A stretch of DNA of 64,000 nucleotides from the NCBI GenBank assembly GCA_046313635.1, contig JBKBYA010000001.1, positions 439,836 through 503,835 on the forward strand, read 5' to 3'. Source of the DNA: Pyrinomonadaceae bacterium (GTDB taxonomy: Bacteria; Acidobacteriota; Blastocatellia; Pyrinomonadales; Pyrinomonadaceae). Numbering within the stretch: position 1 is the stretch's first letter; each line of letters opens with the position of its first letter. This document shows positions 9,783 through 19,731 of the stretch, one piece after another. The notes under the pieces were generated by a model. It had not been told where the DNA came from. It worked only from the letters and a program-made list of their open reading frames with translations, and did not search any database. A program made the translations under genes and the position numbers.

Positions 9783-10838
9783 ATGAACCGCATTAAGATC
9801 GTCCCGTTGTCGCTCATCATCATTTCAACCTTTGCGCTCGCCGCAGCGGCCCAGCAAAAGCCGCTCGAGATGGCCGGCGAAAAGCACTTGAAGAACATTC
9901 GTCAGCTCACCTTCGGCGGGGAGAATGCCGAAGCGTATTTTTCGTTCGACGGCAAGCGTCTGATCTTTCAGTCCAAGCGTGACGGGCGGCAGTGCGACCA
10001 GATCTACACGATGAACGTCGACGGCTCTAACGTGCGGATGGTATCAAACGGCGAGGGCCGCACGACGTGCGCGTACTTTTTCAAGAACGGCAAACGCGTG
10101 CTCTACGCCTCGACGCACGGCGGCGGCCGCGACTGTCCGCCCGATCCAGACTTTTCGCAGGGCTACGTCTGGGCCGTTTATCCCGACTACGACATCTACA
10201 CCTCGACGCCCGACGGCAAGGACATCAAGAGGCTCACCAGCACTCCCGGCTACGACGCCGAAGCGACCGTCTCGCCCGACGGCAAGCGGATCGTCTTTAC
10301 GTCCGAGCGCGACGGCGATCTCGATCTCTATTCGATGGACACGGACGGCAAGAATATTCGCCGCCTGACGGACGCGATCGGGTACGACGGCGGCGCGTTC
10401 TTTTCGCCGGACGGCAAGCAGATCGTCTATCGCCGCTCGACGCCGCGCAATGAGGCCGAGACAAAGCGTTACAAAGACCTGCTCGCAAAGCACCTGATCG
10501 TACCGACAGTCTTCGAGATCTGGGTGATGAACGCCGACGGATCAAACAAACGCCAGGTGACCAACCTAGGCTCGGGCAGCTTTGCGCCGTTCTTTACGCC
10601 CGACGGCAAGCGGATCATCTTCTGCACGAACTACTTTGCATCCGACCCGCGCAAGCGCAACTTCGATCTCGCGCTGATCGGTGTCGACGGCAAGGGGCTC
10701 GAGCGAGTCACCTTCAACGAGACGTTTGACGGCTTTCCGATGTTCTCGCCCGACGGCAAAAAGCTCGTCTTCGCGTCCAACCGCAACGCGGCAAAAGTCG
10801 GCGACACGAATGTTTTCATCGCCGATTGGGTCGATTAG
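9783..10838 (+). CDS. TolB-like secreted beta-propeller (PD40 repeats)
   Basis: Signal peptide; repeated FSPDGK-x-IVF motifs. Confidence 0.88.
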   Translation: MNRIKIVPLSLIIISTFALAAAAQQKPLEMAGEKHLKNIRQLTFGGENAEAYFSFDGKRLIFQSKRDGRQCDQIYTMNVDGSNVRMVSNGEGRTTCAYFFKNGKRVLYASTHGGGRDCPPDPDFSQGYVWAVYPDYDIYTSTPDGKDIKRLTSTPGYDAEATVSPDGKRIVFTSERDGDLDLYSMDTDGKNIRRLTDAIGYDGGAFFSPDGKQIVYRRSTPRNEAETKRYKDLLAKHLIVPTVFEIWVMNADGSNKRQVTNLGSGSFAPFFTPDGKRIIFCTNYFASDPRKRNFDLALIGVDGKGLERVTFNETFDGFPMFSPDGKKLVFASNRNAAKVGDTNVFIADWVD

Positions 10839-10850
10839 GGGCCGGCGTGT

Positions 10851-11312
10851 TTACAGGGCTTTGATCGGCTTTCGTATCCCGAAGTAGTAGACCCACCAGA
10901 TAAAGAATATCTGCAGCGGCACGCGAAATATTAAGTAGAGCGTGCCGTATTCCATTCCGCCGAAGCGGACCTGCTTGATGCTGCCGACGATGTTGGCGGG
11001 AAGCACGAGGACGAAAAAGAGGACGAGCAAAACGGCCGTGAGCCTTGCGGTCCTGTTCCAAAGCAGGCCGACGACCGCGGCCACCTCGCACAGGCCGGTA
11101 AAGTAAACGATCTCGCGTTTAGCAGGCAGGAAGTCCGGCATCATCGCGACCATCTCGTTCGTATTAGTGAAGTGCGAAATGCCCGTCACGATCAGCATTA
11201 TCGACATCGATGCGCGACCGATGAACGAGATGCCGAGACGGCCGCGGAGCACAGATCTATTCAGCAGCGACAGTATCGCGAAGGCTGCGAGCAGGAATAT
11301 CAAAGGCGCCAT
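10851..11312 (-). CDS. DoxX-like membrane protein
   Basis: Several TM segments, GISHF...MMPDFLP, GLCE, PANI and RVPLQ motifs. Confidence 0.75.
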   Translation of the reverse strand: MAPLIFLLAAFAILSLLNRSVLRGRLGISFIGRASMSIMLIVTGISHFTNTNEMVAMMPDFLPAKREIVYFTGLCEVAAVVGLLWNRTARLTAVLLVLFFVLVLPANIVGSIKQVRFGGMEYGTLYLIFRVPLQIFFIWWVYYFGIRKPIKAL

Positions 11313-11389
11313 ATCTTGAAAACGCTCCCGAATCAGTCCATATTCGAAAGCGATAACAACACTCTAAATATAAAGCTCCGCAGCAAAAA

Positions 11390-12265
11390 ATGTCGGCGAT
11401 CAAATTCTGCAAGTTTCACGGCTTTGGCAACGACTACATCGTCCTCGATGCCGAGCGCTTGCCCGAGCATCTCGACATTGCCGAGCTCGCAAGAGACATC
11501 TGCCGGCGCCACACCGGAGCAGGCAGCGACGGCATCGCGGTGATCCGGCGGCTGACGGGCGATGACTCGGCCGACTTCTTTTGTGAGATCGTCAATCCTG
11601 ACGGCAGCGTCGCGGGCTTTTCGGGCAACGGCACGCGATGCGCGGTTGCGTACCTCTATCAACAAGGGCTCTGGAGCTCGCCCGTGCTGCGGCTCGCGAC
11701 GCGGAGCGGGATCAAGAATTTCAGGCTCGTCGAGGACGCGGGCGGCGGCCGGTACCGGTTCGAGGCCGAGATCGGCCGGCCGAGATTCGCGAGCGACGAG
11801 ATCCCGATCCGCATCGATCCGCCTCGAGACGCGGTGATCGATCACGATATGCCGCTCACCGACCGTCACGTGACGGTCTCGTGCGTAAACGTCGGCAATC
11901 CGGTAGCGTGCATTTTTGTCGACAGCCTCAGGCTCGACTGGCGCTCGCTCGGCCGCGAGCTCGAGCAGCATCCGGCGTTTCCCGAGCGGGCGAACATCGT
12001 CTTTGTGAAGGTGCTCGACCGCGACACGATCGAGCTCCGCATCTGGGAACGCGGAGCGGGCGAGACGTCGGCGTCGGGAACATGCGCGAGCGGTGCGGCC
12101 GTGCTCAGCGCGTACACCGGGCGTACCGGGCGCAGCGTGTCGGTGATCACCGAGGGCGGTACGACGCGCGTCGATTGGCGCGAGGTCGACGGCGAGATGC
12201 TGCTTACCGGCGAGGCCGAGCTTGCGTATCTCGGCGAATGGCCGCTCCGCGACGCTCGGCATTGA
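11390..12265 (+). CDS. dapF: Diaminopimelate epimerase
   Basis: KFHGFGNDY, NPDGS, SGNGTRC, NVGNP and ERGAGETSASGT; both catalytic Cys positions appear as Ser. Confidence 0.88.
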   Translation: MSAIKFCKFHGFGNDYIVLDAERLPEHLDIAELARDICRRHTGAGSDGIAVIRRLTGDDSADFFCEIVNPDGSVAGFSGNGTRCAVAYLYQQGLWSSPVLRLATRSGIKNFRLVEDAGGGRYRFEAEIGRPRFASDEIPIRIDPPRDAVIDHDMPLTDRHVTVSCVNVGNPVACIFVDSLRLDWRSLGRELEQHPAFPERANIVFVKVLDRDTIELRIWERGAGETSASGTCASGAAVLSAYTGRTGRSVSVITEGGTTRVDWREVDGEMLLTGEAELAYLGEWPLRDARH

Positions 12266-12272
12266 CCGGGCC

Positions 12273-12809
12273 TTAATTTTTCGACTTCAGATACTTTTTG
12301 GGGATCGGATCGGCGGGCGTCTCGGCCTGCCAGTAGATCGTGACGATCCACCATCGCTTACCGTCGTTCAAAAGCTGAAAGCTGTTGATCCCGCGCATAA
12401 AAGGCGTCTTGTCGGCGCGCGAGCGAAACGACTCGTAGGTCGAAAAGACGTGCACGACGCTGCCGTAACGCTCGACGCGGCGAGCCTTTTCGCTCTCGTA
12501 AAATCCCTCTTTTGCAAAGACGGGCTCGACCCGCTTGATGTAATCCTCCGGCGAGAGAGCACGCGCCGTGACGAGGCCGGTCTGCGCGTTCTTGCCCGTC
12601 GGTATCAGCCGCGCGTCCTTGTGAAACAGCGAACGAAACCGTTCCCAATCGCGCGGCTGCCCGGCCTCGCCCGAGATGCTGTCGTAAACGGCCTTCATAA
12701 TTCCGTCGAGCGTCGAGACGTCGGCGGGATCTGCCTCTTTTGTCGTTTGTGCCATGGCTGCAGCGGCGGAGATCACGATCAGTAGTGATGCCGCGATGAA
12801 CTGTTTCAT
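12273..12809 (-). CDS. Secreted NTF2-like hypothetical protein
   Basis: Signal peptide; RDWERFRSLF, HVFSTYE and RGINSFQL..WWIV motifs. Confidence 0.75.
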   Translation of the reverse strand: MKQFIAASLLIVISAAAAMAQTTKEADPADVSTLDGIMKAVYDSISGEAGQPRDWERFRSLFHKDARLIPTGKNAQTGLVTARALSPEDYIKRVEPVFAKEGFYESEKARRVERYGSVVHVFSTYESFRSRADKTPFMRGINSFQLLNDGKRWWIVTIYWQAETPADPIPKKYLKSKN

Positions 12810-12845
12810 ACGGTGCGGTGGTACGCCGGGCGGCGGCTGATAGTT

Positions 12846-13736
12846 TCACTCGTCGGTCGCGGGGAGCCGGCTCACCGGGTCGAGGCGCGTCTCGATCGCG
12901 TCCTGCACATCGCGCGGCAGCGCCGAAAAGAGATCGAGCCCCGTCCGCCGCTCGATCTCTCGCACGGTCGTCAGATATTGTCGCCAATTGGCGTCGGCGA
13001 TGCCGTCGCGGTTTGGCATATCGACGGCGATCACGCGCGTGTCGCCGCGGACGACCGTGTCGGGCGAATCCGAGCGCGGCAGGACGAGAATTACCTTCCA
13101 GCACGATCGCGGCACCGTTACCTTGCCGCGCAGCCGCTCGCCGCGCTCGCCGTAGACGCCGGCAAAAATGTAAAGCGTATTCCCGCGCCGCGCGAGCGAG
13201 CGCGAGTAGCGCTCGAGCTTTTCCCAAGGGTTGCGATTGAGGTCGCCGGTCTGCGGGACGACGTTTGTCATCAGGAAAGTCTCGGCGTTTGCCCGCGGGT
13301 CGGCAAAGCGGTCGGCGCTCGGCACGAGATGTCCGCGGTCAAATCCGCTGCCGCTGTAGTCCGACGGCGTGACGCGTGTAAAACCCGCCGGCAGCGTACC
13401 GTCCGGTTCAAAGTCGGGCCGCGGAATGCTCTCGCCGAGGTCTGCGGCCGTCAGACGCCACGCCGCCCAATTCGCCGTGCCGCGAGCGTCGTTGTAAGAG
13501 AGGACGTAAGTCGAGCGGACGATCAGGAAATTGTTTCGATCGGCCGCGTCGGCGGCGGCGTTCGACGGATTGCCAAAAGGGAGCAGGCGGTCGGCATCGG
13601 CGCCGATGCGCGCCTCGGGCTGCGGCCAGGCCGCGCAGCCGAGCTGCAACGCGATCGCGATGGCCGCGGCGGCCGCGAGCAAGTGTGAGGACAGCCCATT
13701 CCGGCGGCGGCGCATCGAATCGTTTCCACGGTCCAT
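12846..13736 (-). CDS. DNA/RNA non-specific endonuclease (NucA-like), probable lipoprotein
   Basis: GFDRGHLVPSAD, TFLMTNVVPQ and W..LE motifs; LQLGC lipobox-like; start uncertain. Confidence 0.88.
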   Translation of the reverse strand: MDRGNDSMRRRRNGLSSHLLAAAAAIAIALQLGCAAWPQPEARIGADADRLLPFGNPSNAAADAADRNNFLIVRSTYVLSYNDARGTANWAAWRLTAADLGESIPRPDFEPDGTLPAGFTRVTPSDYSGSGFDRGHLVPSADRFADPRANAETFLMTNVVPQTGDLNRNPWEKLERYSRSLARRGNTLYIFAGVYGERGERLRGKVTVPRSCWKVILVLPRSDSPDTVVRGDTRVIAVDMPNRDGIADANWRQYLTTVREIERRTGLDLFSALPRDVQDAIETRLDPVSRLPATDE

Positions 13737-13808
13737 ATCTGTCGGCGAAAACAGTCTAGCAAACGCCGCGAATGCCCACCCGGGAACGATTACGCTAGAA
13801 TGAACTCA

Positions 13809-14894
13809 GTGAGCGAAAAGCCGCATTTGATCGGGCTCGACAAGAGCGAGCTCGCCGAATTTGTAAAAGGGATCGGCGAGCCGGCATTCCGCGCGCGGCA
13901 ATTGTTTAGCAATCTGCACGGCCGACGCGCGCGCTCATTCGACGAGATGAGCGACCTGCCAAAGCCGCTCCGAGCAAAGCTCGCGGAGACCGCCGCGATC
14001 TCGGCCCTCACGATCGAGTCGCGCTACACGTCGGTCGACGGCACGCGCCGCTTCCTGATGCGCACGGCCGACGGCCGGCCGGTCGAGACCGTTTTTATCC
14101 CGAGCGAGGGCCGCGACACGATCTGCTTCTCGTCGCAGTCGGGTTGCCAGCTCAAATGCGATTTTTGTTTGACGGCAAAGCTGGGTCTTTTTCGCAGCCT
14201 GTCGGCCGGCGAGATCGTCGAACAGATCGTCCTTGTGCTCAACGACGTCTACGGCCCGGCGGCCGAGACGCCGCATGGCACAAATCTCGTCGCAATGGGC
14301 GAGGGCGAGCCCTTTCTGAATTTCGAAAACCTGATCAAGGCGCTCGAGCTCATGGCGAGCGACGACGGGCTGCACATCGTGCCCGGCCGCGTCACGGTCT
14401 CGACCGCGGGCATCGTGCCGCGAATTTACGATTTTGCGCGGCTCGAGCGGCGGCCCAATCTTGCGATCTCGCTGACCGCTGCCGAGGACGAGCTTCGCGA
14501 CCGTCTGATGCCGATCAATCGCCGCTGGAATATCGACGAGCTGCTGCGTGCGGCAAAGGAGTTTGAGAAGACGCTCAAGCGCGGCGAGCGATTCACCTTT
14601 GAGTACGTGCTGCTCGGCGGCGTCAACGACTCTGACGGCGATGCCGAAAAGCTCGCCCGCCTGCTTCGCCGCTACGACCTGCAAAAGGCAAAGGTGAATC
14701 TCATCCCGCACAACCCGGCCGAGCAGCTCGATTACCGGCCGTCGACGCGCGAGCAGGTCGTGCGGTTCAAACAGATACTCGAGGACCGCGGCGTCTCGGC
14801 CTACATCCGCACGCCGCGCGGCCGCGACATATACGCCGCCTGCGGCCAGCTCGCCGCCAAGCAGGAGCCCAATCTCGTGCAGATCGGCGCGTAG
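13809..14894 (+). CDS. rlmN: 23S rRNA (adenine(2503)-C2)-methyltransferase RlmN
   Basis: CFSSQSGCQLKCDFC, MGEGEP, VSTAG and RGRDIYAACGQL motifs; GTG 13809 or ATG 13800. Confidence 0.95.
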   Translation: MSEKPHLIGLDKSELAEFVKGIGEPAFRARQLFSNLHGRRARSFDEMSDLPKPLRAKLAETAAISALTIESRYTSVDGTRRFLMRTADGRPVETVFIPSEGRDTICFSSQSGCQLKCDFCLTAKLGLFRSLSAGEIVEQIVLVLNDVYGPAAETPHGTNLVAMGEGEPFLNFENLIKALELMASDDGLHIVPGRVTVSTAGIVPRIYDFARLERRPNLAISLTAAEDELRDRLMPINRRWNIDELLRAAKEFEKTLKRGERFTFEYVLLGGVNDSDGDAEKLARLLRRYDLQKAKVNLIPHNPAEQLDYRPSTREQVVRFKQILEDRGVSAYIRTPRGRDIYAACGQLAAKQEPNLVQIGA

Positions 14895-14908
14895 CGCTTA
14901 TTGAATTT

Positions 14909-15343
14909 ATGGAGATACTGATCCCCGGATTGATCCTCGTCGCGCTGATGGCCTGGGCCTCGACCAAGATCAAGCGCGCGGCCGCCGCGGCGTACGAGGC
15001 AGAGACCGTCACGACCGACGAGTTCGCGATCGAGAAGCCTGAAGGGATAATCCACCCGCTCAACGACGACTCGAAATATCTCTTCGAGGCGTACACCAAA
15101 GACTTTGGCACAGCGGACGAGCACAGCCGCGAGCGGCAGGTCGCTGCCTACGTGACGCGTGCCGATGGTTCGGGCGGCGACGAGGCCGAGAGCTCGACAG
15201 CTGACGGCCGGACCGTCTTTCGCAAGACGCTCGGTCTCGGCGACGGGCAGGCGCTGCTTCTCGAGGTCGTCGCTTTAACAGATCATCTCGACGAAAACCG
15301 CGATCGGGTGGAACGGCTGCTTGGCTCGTTTCGCGCCCGTTAG
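14909..15343 (+). CDS. Hypothetical protein with N-terminal membrane anchor
   Basis: ORF 14 nt after rlmN; hydrophobic N-terminus. Confidence 0.65.
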   Translation: MEILIPGLILVALMAWASTKIKRAAAAAYEAETVTTDEFAIEKPEGIIHPLNDDSKYLFEAYTKDFGTADEHSRERQVAAYVTRADGSGGDEAESSTADGRTVFRKTLGLGDGQALLLEVVALTDHLDENRDRVERLLGSFRAR

Positions 15344-15400
15344 AGAGCGGCGTTGAGCTGCCGAGGCGGCCCGCGATCTTTTGTTCTATTTGAATTTGAT

Positions 15401-15865
15401 ATGCAGAAATTCCTGAAAGCTACATTCGCCGTCCCGACATTTATCTTTTGCCTCTATGCCTGCGCCTCGGCGCAGACCGTCAGCGGATCGATCGGTCCCG
15501 TCGAACGCGGCGACTCGGTGCGCGGCTCGATCGTGCTCGACATCCCGGGCGAGCTGCACGTCAACTCGAGCCGGCCGGCCAGCCGGTACGCGATCCCGAC
15601 GACGGTCCGCCTGACCGCGAACGGCGGTGCAAAGGTCTCGGGGCCGTCGTACCCGCGCGGCGTCGACCGCAGGTTCCAGTTCTCCGAGCAGACGATCAAC
15701 GTCTATGAGGGACGTGTGAAGTTTCCCTTCACGCTCAGAGTGCCGGCAAATTTTAAGGGGAATGTCGTCCGCGTCCGCGCGGTCGTCCGCTACCAGGCGT
15801 GCACCAACGAGGTGTGCTATCCGCCGCGCAGCAAAGAAGTGGCGCTGACCGCACGCGTCAAATAA
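15401..15865 (+). CDS. DsbD N-terminal domain-like secreted protein
   Basis: Signal peptide; HVNS, VYEG and YQACTNEVCYPP motifs. Confidence 0.85.
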   Translation: MQKFLKATFAVPTFIFCLYACASAQTVSGSIGPVERGDSVRGSIVLDIPGELHVNSSRPASRYAIPTTVRLTANGGAKVSGPSYPRGVDRRFQFSEQTINVYEGRVKFPFTLRVPANFKGNVVRVRAVVRYQACTNEVCYPPRSKEVALTARVK

Positions 15866-15871
15866 GAACGA

Positions 15872-18298
15872 TCAGAATCTAAACTCGCCGGGCACGAACT
15901 CGATCGCCCGTATCTCGCCGTCGTACTGCCGGCCAGCCTCGCCAAGCGGCCGGTAGGTCACGACGGCTTTTGCTTTGTCGACCAGTCCGCCGCAGTCGAG
16001 CGGCATCTGCGACGACGCGACGCTGAACCAGCCGAAAACTATCGCCGCGGGCGTCTCCGAGACGAGTCTCAGCGTGCGGCCGTCGGCGGCGACATTCATC
16101 GTCACGGCCGGGGCCGAACATTCGATCCGGTCGATGCTGCCGACAACCCGCAGCTCGCCCTCGAGCGGCTGGCGAAGCGCTCGCGATATCGAAACGATCC
16201 TCTCCGCCGTCGGCAGAAACGCCGGCGTCGATCGACGCGGATCGTCGTCGGCGACGACGACTGTCTTCGCGGCCGCCAGCTCGCCTATCGACATCAAGCG
16301 GAAAAATTCGGGGACAAAACTGATCGCCGTCAGCGTCGGCCGCTGATCGAGACTGTCGGCCGCGCTCGATCTGACATTCAGCACAGCGAGCTGTCTGCCG
16401 AGCGCGGCTCCGCATCCGATCTCGAAAGAATGTTCGCCTTCGTTCAAAACGGTCATTCGCAGCGACTGAAAGCCGCGGCTCGTCAGCCTGATGCGGCCGC
16501 CGTCCGACGCGCTCGCGACGAGATACGTGATGTCGCCCGCGGGCGTGCACTCGACGCGCTCGATGCGGCCGACGATCTGCTTCTCGTCCGCCGCCGGACG
16601 GATCAGGAGTCGATTGACGTTATTGTTCTCGCGAAAGCGTTCGATCAGCTCAAGGTCGCCGGCGGCGAGCCATGACCGCTTGAGGACGACGATGCCGGGC
16701 AGCGCAAAATGCGAAACCCTGAAATGGATCGGCGCCGATCGCTCGAGAGACGCGCGGGCCAAGTCGTATTCGCGGACGGCCGCGAGCAGCTCCTCGGCCG
16801 GAGCTCGTACGCCGGCATCTTTTGACGCCGCAAGTCCCGAGGCGATCGTTCGCGCCTCGTCGTACTTTTCGCGCACGATCAGTATCCGCGCGAGCAGGAG
16901 TCTGTATCCGCCGTCGGCGGGCTGGAGCTCGACGGCACGCCGCATAAGCCGCTCGGCCTCAGCGCGGTCGTCGTCGTTGACAAAGTACGTAAAGGCAAGC
17001 AGTCGATAGCTCTCGGCGCTGTCTGGCGCGAGGGCGATCGCCTTTTGCAGAGACGAGCGCATCTTTGCGGCCGTATCGCCGGCGAATCTGGTCACCGACC
17101 CTCTCAGCCCGGCCGCGACGAGCTGGAGCGCGTACGCGTGACCGAAAAAGACCGACGCGTCCGATGTGCCGAGCTCGACGGCCCGCTCGAGATAGGGCAG
17201 AGCTGCCGCCGGCCTCTCGAGACGCAGCAGCAGCGAGCCGAGCGAGCCGTTGGCGAGCGGCGACAGCGGATCGGCGGCGAGCGATTGTCGGAGCACGCCT
17301 TCGGCAGCTGCAAGGTCGCCCAGATGCGCGAGCAGCGCGCCGAGACGAGCGTTCGCGTCGGCTTCGGTGATCGATGTTGCGGCGAGCGAAGACCGCGCAT
17401 CCGCGGCGACATCGCGCGGGCGCAGCGCGATCGAGATCGGGGCCGGCCGCCGATCGCCGCGCAAGGATGCCGTCCGCGCGAGATGCGCGGCCAGCTCTCT
17501 TTCAAGCGTCGGCCGGTCGAGGCCGAATGCGGAGATCGGATCGACGGCGCCGCCGGCGGCCACGGCTTTTGCGGCGAGATCGTCAGCCGTCATTCGCCCG
17601 GTCGAGAAGAGGTAATGCACGGCCAGCCACGACCGAGCGTAGAACGTCTGCCGCTCGGCTCCCGTGAGCCTCTGCAGCGCCGGGCCGTCGACCGCGGCGA
17701 CCAATGCGAGGTCGGTCGCGGGCTGCTTTTTCAAAAGGCGAAGGTGATCGGCGAGCGGCTCGCCGAGAACCGCGGTCCGACCGGCGGCCGTGAGGCGAGC
17801 CGTTTCAAAATATTCGGCCAGCCCTTCGCTGAGCCACGGAGGCAGCCGCTCGCCGAGAAGCTCGCGGGCAAAGGCGTGAAAGAGCTCGTGATTCACGGTG
17901 CCGACGGCAGCGTCACGGCCCGACCGCGGAGCGATCGTGATGTAGCCCTCGCGCTCGCCGGCCGCGAAGTAGCCGAGAACGCCGTCGTCGCCCGTGCGGT
18001 CCGGCCGCCGCGGGCGAAACGCGGCATACGATGCCGGATCGCGAAAGGCGACGATGCGCAAAAAGTACCTGCCGCCGTGCTTGCCGTCGCCGCGGGCAAA
18101 GAGCCGTCCGAGCAGATCGCGAAATTCCTCGATCTGCCGGGCCATTTCCAGGATCTCGATCTCTGTCCCGGTCGAGATCAGTTCAAAGTCGTTCGTCCGC
18201 ACGGCGAGCCAGCGCGGCGGCTGCGCAAAAGCGGCCGAGGCCGCTGCGAGGATCGCGGCGAGCAAGATCATCGATCTGTAAAGAGAGCGTTTGAACAT
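15872..18298 (-). CDS. Secreted TPR protein with gluzincin-like (DUF1570-like) domain
   Basis: Signal peptide; HELFH...WLSEGLAEYF; central TPR-like helices; two C-terminal G.I.R.EC repeats. Confidence 0.75.
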   Translation of the reverse strand: MFKRSLYRSMILLAAILAAASAAFAQPPRWLAVRTNDFELISTGTEIEILEMARQIEEFRDLLGRLFARGDGKHGGRYFLRIVAFRDPASYAAFRPRRPDRTGDDGVLGYFAAGEREGYITIAPRSGRDAAVGTVNHELFHAFARELLGERLPPWLSEGLAEYFETARLTAAGRTAVLGEPLADHLRLLKKQPATDLALVAAVDGPALQRLTGAERQTFYARSWLAVHYLFSTGRMTADDLAAKAVAAGGAVDPISAFGLDRPTLERELAAHLARTASLRGDRRPAPISIALRPRDVAADARSSLAATSITEADANARLGALLAHLGDLAAAEGVLRQSLAADPLSPLANGSLGSLLLRLERPAAALPYLERAVELGTSDASVFFGHAYALQLVAAGLRGSVTRFAGDTAAKMRSSLQKAIALAPDSAESYRLLAFTYFVNDDDRAEAERLMRRAVELQPADGGYRLLLARILIVREKYDEARTIASGLAASKDAGVRAPAEELLAAVREYDLARASLERSAPIHFRVSHFALPGIVVLKRSWLAAGDLELIERFRENNNVNRLLIRPAADEKQIVGRIERVECTPAGDITYLVASASDGGRIRLTSRGFQSLRMTVLNEGEHSFEIGCGAALGRQLAVLNVRSSAADSLDQRPTLTAISFVPEFFRLMSIGELAAAKTVVVADDDPRRSTPAFLPTAERIVSISRALRQPLEGELRVVGSIDRIECSAPAVTMNVAADGRTLRLVSETPAAIVFGWFSVASSQMPLDCGGLVDKAKAVVTYRPLGEAGRQYDGEIRAIEFVPGEFRF

Positions 18299-18333
18299 CA
18301 GAGGGCAGACCGCTCTCGCTGCGTTTTGCCGCT

Positions 18334-19236
18334 TCAGATCTTGCCGATCACCGACAGCAGCCGTCCGGTCTTGCCGTATTTGCTCTTTTCGATGCGGTAC
18401 GAGAAGAAAAGGTCTGTATGAGAGAGCGTGCAAAAAGGCGCGGCAAAGATCCGCTCCTGAGCGACGCCGCTCGCCGTCAATTGATCGCGGTTGGCGGCGT
18501 GCAGGTTGACGAGAGCGTGGCCGTCGCGCGTCGGTCTGAAGTAGCGTGCGGCAAGGTCGGGAAAGTTCGTCTCAAAAGCCTCGATCACTTCGCGGCCGAC
18601 CTCGTAGCAGGCGCCGCTCGCCGCCGGGCCGATCGCCGCGACGATGTCTTGCGGGTCGGTGCCGAATTCGGCCTTCAAGCGCGCGACCGTCTTTGCCGCG
18701 ATCGAGAGCGCCGTCCCGCGCCAGCCTGCGTGCACGGCGGCGAAGGCTCCTGTCTTTGCGTCGCCAAGCAGCAGCGGCACGCAGTCTGCAGTCTTGACGC
18801 CCGCGAGCACGCCGTCCAGATCTGACGCCACCGCGTCGGCGCGCTCGTCGGAGTCGCCGGCTTCGTCGAACTGACGGACGACGCGAATGTCGTCACCGTG
18901 CACCTGCCACGCGAGCGCGAGCTTGTAGGGACGGTCAAAGACGGCGAGGAATCGGCGGCGATTTTCGAAAATGTTCTCGCGCGAGTCCTCGGTAAAGCCG
19001 GCGAGATTCAATTCGCCGCCGGCCGCTTCGTTGAGTGAAGATACGCCGCCGAGCCGCGTCGAAAAACCATTTGCAAAACCCGCCGTCTCGAGCTCGCGGC
19101 AGACCAGCACCTTCACGCCTTCGCGTTCTCGCCAACGGAATCCGAGTTCTGCTAAAGTCTCGTCTGTGACCTCGGACAACTGACCACCGACAACTGACAA
19201 CTGCTGACCCATGATCGTCTCAACCGGCATCGACAT
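18334..19236 (-). CDS. pgeF: Peptidoglycan editing factor PgeF (YfiH/laccase-domain)
   Basis: FSTRLGGVS, QVHG, TADCVP, HAGWRG and FFSYR motifs. Confidence 0.92.
   Translation of the reverse strand: MSMPVETIMGQQLSVVGGQLSEVTDETLAELGFRWREREGVKVLVCRELETAGFANGFSTRLGGVSSLNEAAGGELNLAGFTEDSRENIFENRRRFLAVFDRPYKLALAWQVHGDDIRVVRQFDEAGDSDERADAVASDLDGVLAGVKTADCVPLLLGDAKTGAFAAVHAGWRGTALSIAAKTVARLKAEFGTDPQDIVAAIGPAASGACYEVGREVIEAFETNFPDLAARYFRPTRDGHALVNLHAANRDQLTASGVAQERIFAAPFCTLSHTDLFFSYRIEKSKYGKTGRLLSVIGKI
19166..19210. repeat. Heptamer array (CAACTGA-like) inside the pgeF 5' end and acpS leader
   Basis: GACAACTGACCACCGACAACTGACAACTGCTGAC; encodes GQQLSVVGGQLSEV in PgeF. Confidence 0.7.
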
Positions 19237-19588
19237 AGTCGAAGTCTATCGCATACGCGAGACCGTCTCCAGGACTCCGCGATTCGTCGAGCGTGTCTTT
19301 ACCGAGGCCGAACGCCGCTACTGCGAGAGCAAGGGCGCGGCCGCGGCGCAGTCGTACGCCGGGCGCTTTGCGGCGAAAGAGGCCTTTCTCAAAGCGCTCA
19401 AGACCGGCTGGCGCGGCAAGCTGCAGTGGACCGATATCGAGATCGTCAACGACGACGCGGGAGCTCCGGCCCTCGATCTCACGGGCGAGGCCCTCGCGCT
19501 CGTCGAGGCGATGGGCGCGAGGCGCGTCCACCTCTCGATCTCGCACACAGCCGAGCACGCCGTCGCACAAGTTATTTTGGAAAGTTAG
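19211..19588 (+). CDS. acpS: Holo-[acyl-carrier-protein] synthase
   Basis: GIDIVE, FT..ER, AGRFAAKEA and LSISH motifs. Confidence 0.95.
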   Translation: MIVSTGIDIVEVYRIRETVSRTPRFVERVFTEAERRYCESKGAAAAQSYAGRFAAKEAFLKALKTGWRGKLQWTDIEIVNDDAGAPALDLTGEALALVEAMGARRVHLSISHTAEHAVAQVILES

Positions 19589-19731
19589 AGAGCGGGCAGG
19601 TTTTATGAACGCGGTCCGCGTCGCCAACGGCGACGAACCTATAAAGCCCAGGGTTTCGTTCGCAATGCCTCACTGCACCCTAGGCTTTATAAGTTTGCCG
19701 CCGTTGGCGACTATCATCCACGTGGTCGGTT

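Noticed and set aside
12273..12809. Nuclease inhibitor (immunity) role for the gene after the NucA-like nuclease
   Set aside because: Looks like a generic secreted NTF2-like protein; only adjacency supports the idea
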